A program made the position numbers and the translations under genes. Positions 62,801 to 64,000 of a stretch of 64,000 bases of DNA are shown piece after piece. The stretch lies in the IMG/VR virus record IMGVR_UViG_3300042898_006229; one strand, given 5' to 3'. A model generated the notes under the pieces. The model did not search any database. It was not told the DNA's origin and worked only from the letters and a program-made list of their open reading frames with translations. The DNA comes from an uncultured virus (IMG/VR IMGVR_UViG_3300042898_006229). Its lineage: Duplodnaviria; Heunggongvirae; Uroviricota; Caudoviricetes. The first letter of the stretch is position 1. Each line of letters begins with the position of its first letter.

Positions 62801-63732
62801 GAAATACACAAAACAACCAAACTAATAATCCGACACAAGGGCAAGTAAATGCTGGGACTGGATCGACAACAACAACGAATACTAATACTAATAACCAGAA
62901 TTTATCTACAACTAATAATTCAGGTGTTATCTATCAAATTCAAAAGAATGCTGACAACTCGCTATCTAGGAAGGGGATTTATGTTCCCCCTTCAAGAGCT
63001 TACCCAGTTTACGCTCCTGACCGTAAAATCAGAGAGTATGGCATTTATGAAGTTCAGCCAATATATGTACCAACACTTATTACTTGGACACAGATTGTTG
63101 CCTTAATCCTTAACAAGTATCCATCTACTCCAGATACAACTTTGGATAATGGAACTCAAGTTAAGATTTATGTAAAGACTGGAAATACAAGAGCTGAATG
63201 TATAGCAGCTTCTTATGGTGATGCTCAATCATTATCAAGCATCAATGATAGTTTAGCTCCAACAACTGCACAATCTTTGGCTGTAGATCTTTCAGCATAT
63301 TCTGGAAAATGGTTGCAATATAAGGTCGAACTTATTACAGCAACACCTAACATCACTCCAGAATTGTTATCATTGACTCTTTCATACACATCATCTTCGG
63401 GAAGTTACTTCTTTACCAGAATGTTTGATACTGCTAATTATGACACTGATGCTCCAATGATCAAAAGAGGTTTACTCTCTTCTAACGAATTAAAAAACAA
63501 TGGTAGCATCGTGTACGGATATACAACATCTGATGACACGAATGAAACATTCAATTTTGCTAACTTCACAGTAATTGATCCGAACCAAACTTTCGAATTA
63601 CCAGAAGCATCAAGCAAAATCAGATTCGGAATTTTCCTTACAAGCGTAGGATCAACTCCATCTATGGTGTATGATTTTGCCGTACAACTTGATATAGGAG
63701 ATGCTAGCATTAAATTTAATCCAACTCCGTAG
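59884..63732 (+). CDS. Mosaic tail protein: AFK...YW domain, beta-propeller, PA14-like domain, N/T-rich linker
   Basis: 'AFKIVS...[13 protein letters not shown]'; blades such as [16 protein letters not shown]14 '[21 protein letters not shown]...FLWQ...VPASQF'; '[10 protein letters not shown]...TPEL'. Confidence 0.65.
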   Translation: MAYDNYGFFDPKYWNEALNNNTSIGYEIEDETTDIFVKSEFYPNASVIYDTVPPKGILILNRKADDVDPGIKVHYFSGTGYSSITTEYTDTTSSYSFSQTINAFKIVSDKDQNISTIFLKLKKTGSIVNLGDRINVAIYSQDVTNDAPSTLLGSFSSIQFSDLTTSFESYSFSNTGLTLTADTTYWIHITLDNLPIPTVGAATIDIANFVNNDSEFAYYNSTDSTWVRIANTSPYYKITAFNTASSELSSKDYLLDIFEVPLKEVSVYGGSSDLSKFEVIGNDQTNYVYKKFDPVYEDLTDSANNIYPTVTNLIVGATAKNTKTYKLQVKRTKISDWEDIVENIADPETTDYLSFTFTTPLSLYAARIAYLGDYFTIDQRGDITLAAYDQYSDVVSAQISRFSDFRDATSFPNADSKGFIDFSTGETTYTNIDLTNAAYLWSKKTGNATSEITAISAFNDKILIAANHKMFVYKSGEVYEILNESLLGEKYQITCIHVFNGRAYAGSNYGLVFTSFNGEFWSILNAKDPLSTTNYKLLKPIVSMTSLGNNLFLGSTKGATSASSVYQYNGKAITELKTFSSYDQVSALTAKEFTLYVGVGGAYGSGASAVYKYYNAEWVQTLSSNFDNVECIAKSSTRNSVLVGFRGGQIWELSFTNATANSWAKLYDTYADHIFSIYDDPNSNYIYISTDNGTYGYFKSINGFKKIVSYSYNTNLLNSTWRSYTGSGITWTDLGDIESYNFIAYRGQAQAINYTGAIGSSFVPPTGFTNSSVTFEGAVLASKDGALSFRIDSSVGYNLFVNDTLQISNYNQSTILSTLYSANAFNVLEGDILKIKLQTTNNVGSGTTFKFLWQKNTGETFEAVPASQFYGSSKIKSVTAIGNTFYGAGMDGSIYEFTTTAYENNSRYIYARFKDQAGNIQGVSLPANSSGFPVISDRMIQVANTANNTSSFIQYTNTTVVSNTNTTINPVTGNTQNNQTNNPTQGQVNAGTGSTTTTNTNTNNQNLSTTNNSGVIYQIQKNADNSLSRKGIYVPPSRAYPVYAPDRKIREYGIYEVQPIYVPTLITWTQIVALILNKYPSTPDTTLDNGTQVKIYVKTGNTRAECIAASYGDAQSLSSINDSLAPTTAQSLAVDLSAYSGKWLQYKVELITATPNITPELLSLTLSYTSSSGSYFFTRMFDTANYDTDAPMIKRGLLSSNELKNNGSIVYGYTTSDDTNETFNFANFTVIDPNQTFELPEASSKIRFGIFLTSVGSTPSMVYDFAVQLDIGDASIKFNPTP

Positions 63733-63738
63733 GTAGTA

Positions 63739-64000
63739 ATGGCTAATCGTACATCAATTTACAAGTTTTTATATTCACAATTTGGCGATATTTGGTATCC
63801 AGGTTATGACTATGAAAATATGCTTACAGCTGAAACTAATTTTTCAGGCATATACTCTTTTTTTGGTCCTGGAATTATTAATGGCTGGGATGTATCTAAA
63901 TTAACAGACAATAGATCTGATCAAATATTACTCTTAGATGGATATAATACAAGTGCCACAAGTGAGTATGGACAGAAATTATCATTACTCGATCTTAGTT
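63739..64000 (+). CDS. Partial CDS; N-terminus paralogous to 46367-50032
   Basis: Manual translation MANRTSIYKFLYSQFGDIWYPGYDYENMLTAETNFSGIYSFFGPGIINGWDVSK..., open to the window end; not in the ORF track. Confidence 0.75.
   Translation, partial: MANRTSIYKFLYSQFGDIWYPGYDYENMLTAETNFSGIYSFFGPGIINGWDVSKLTDNRSDQILLLDGYNTSATSEYGQKLSLLDLS

Noticed and set aside
1741..63710. Short antisense or alternate-frame ORFs in the track (e.g. 1741-1944, 7053-7328, 22232-22675, 40064-40327, 53980-54300, 63438-63710)
   Set aside because: They lie almost entirely over longer genes with recognisable motifs, have no motifs of their own and show shadow-ORF composition.
50036..64000. Genome-wide TAG recoding (code 15), prompted by in-frame TAG junctions at 51001/51059 and 63732/63739
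   Set aside because: ORFs of 1200-3480 codons contain no internal TAG. Other TAG stops (6330, 11653, 20454, 23960, 28850) are soon followed by TAA/TGA or sit out of frame with the next gene. The 63739 ORF has its own paralogous N-terminus. The standard code fits.
7951..64000. Extracellular contractile injection system or cellular S-layer/adhesin island instead of a phage
   Set aside because: A gp36-like head-tail adaptor implies a capsid, the adhesin-like proteins lack signal peptides, and no housekeeping genes are present. A prophage cannot be excluded from this window alone.

Overview
This strongly AT-rich, densely coding window is best read as part of a large (probably jumbo) tailed-phage genome in the standard genetic code. 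No terminase, portal, major capsid, tail sheath, rRNA, tRNA, CRISPR array or mobile element is visible. It has three blocks. (1) 219-7956 (+) is a sugar operon: GT9-like glycosyltransferase, dTDP-glucose 4,6-dehydratase, HpcH/HpaI aldolase, SDR, AroB-like cyclase, YerE-like ThDP enzyme, NAD-dependent epimerase/reductase and a DxD-like transferase. It looks like a pathway for an unusual branched, possibly carbocyclic, sugar. (2) 7951-25093 (-) is a neck/tail arm: two paralogous tail-tube-like genes each followed by a chaperone-like gene, tail proteins, a tail-terminator-like gene, a Mu gp36-like adaptor, an apparently dead PHP-fold protein and several zinc ribbons. (3) 25170-64000 (+) is a divergent arm: a small DUF5679-like gene missed by the ORF track, a helical internal/ejection-protein candidate, an N/I/K-rich tape-measure candidate, a 3480-aa protein with 14 PKD domains and an RCC1 propeller, a baseplate-hub-like protein and large mosaic tail/adhesin proteins (SwmB repeats, PA14, propellers, nested Ig-like domains). 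Six gene starts share an exact TAnAAT-N6-ATG layout that suggests leaderless transcripts. All family calls come from motifs recognised by eye; no searches were run.
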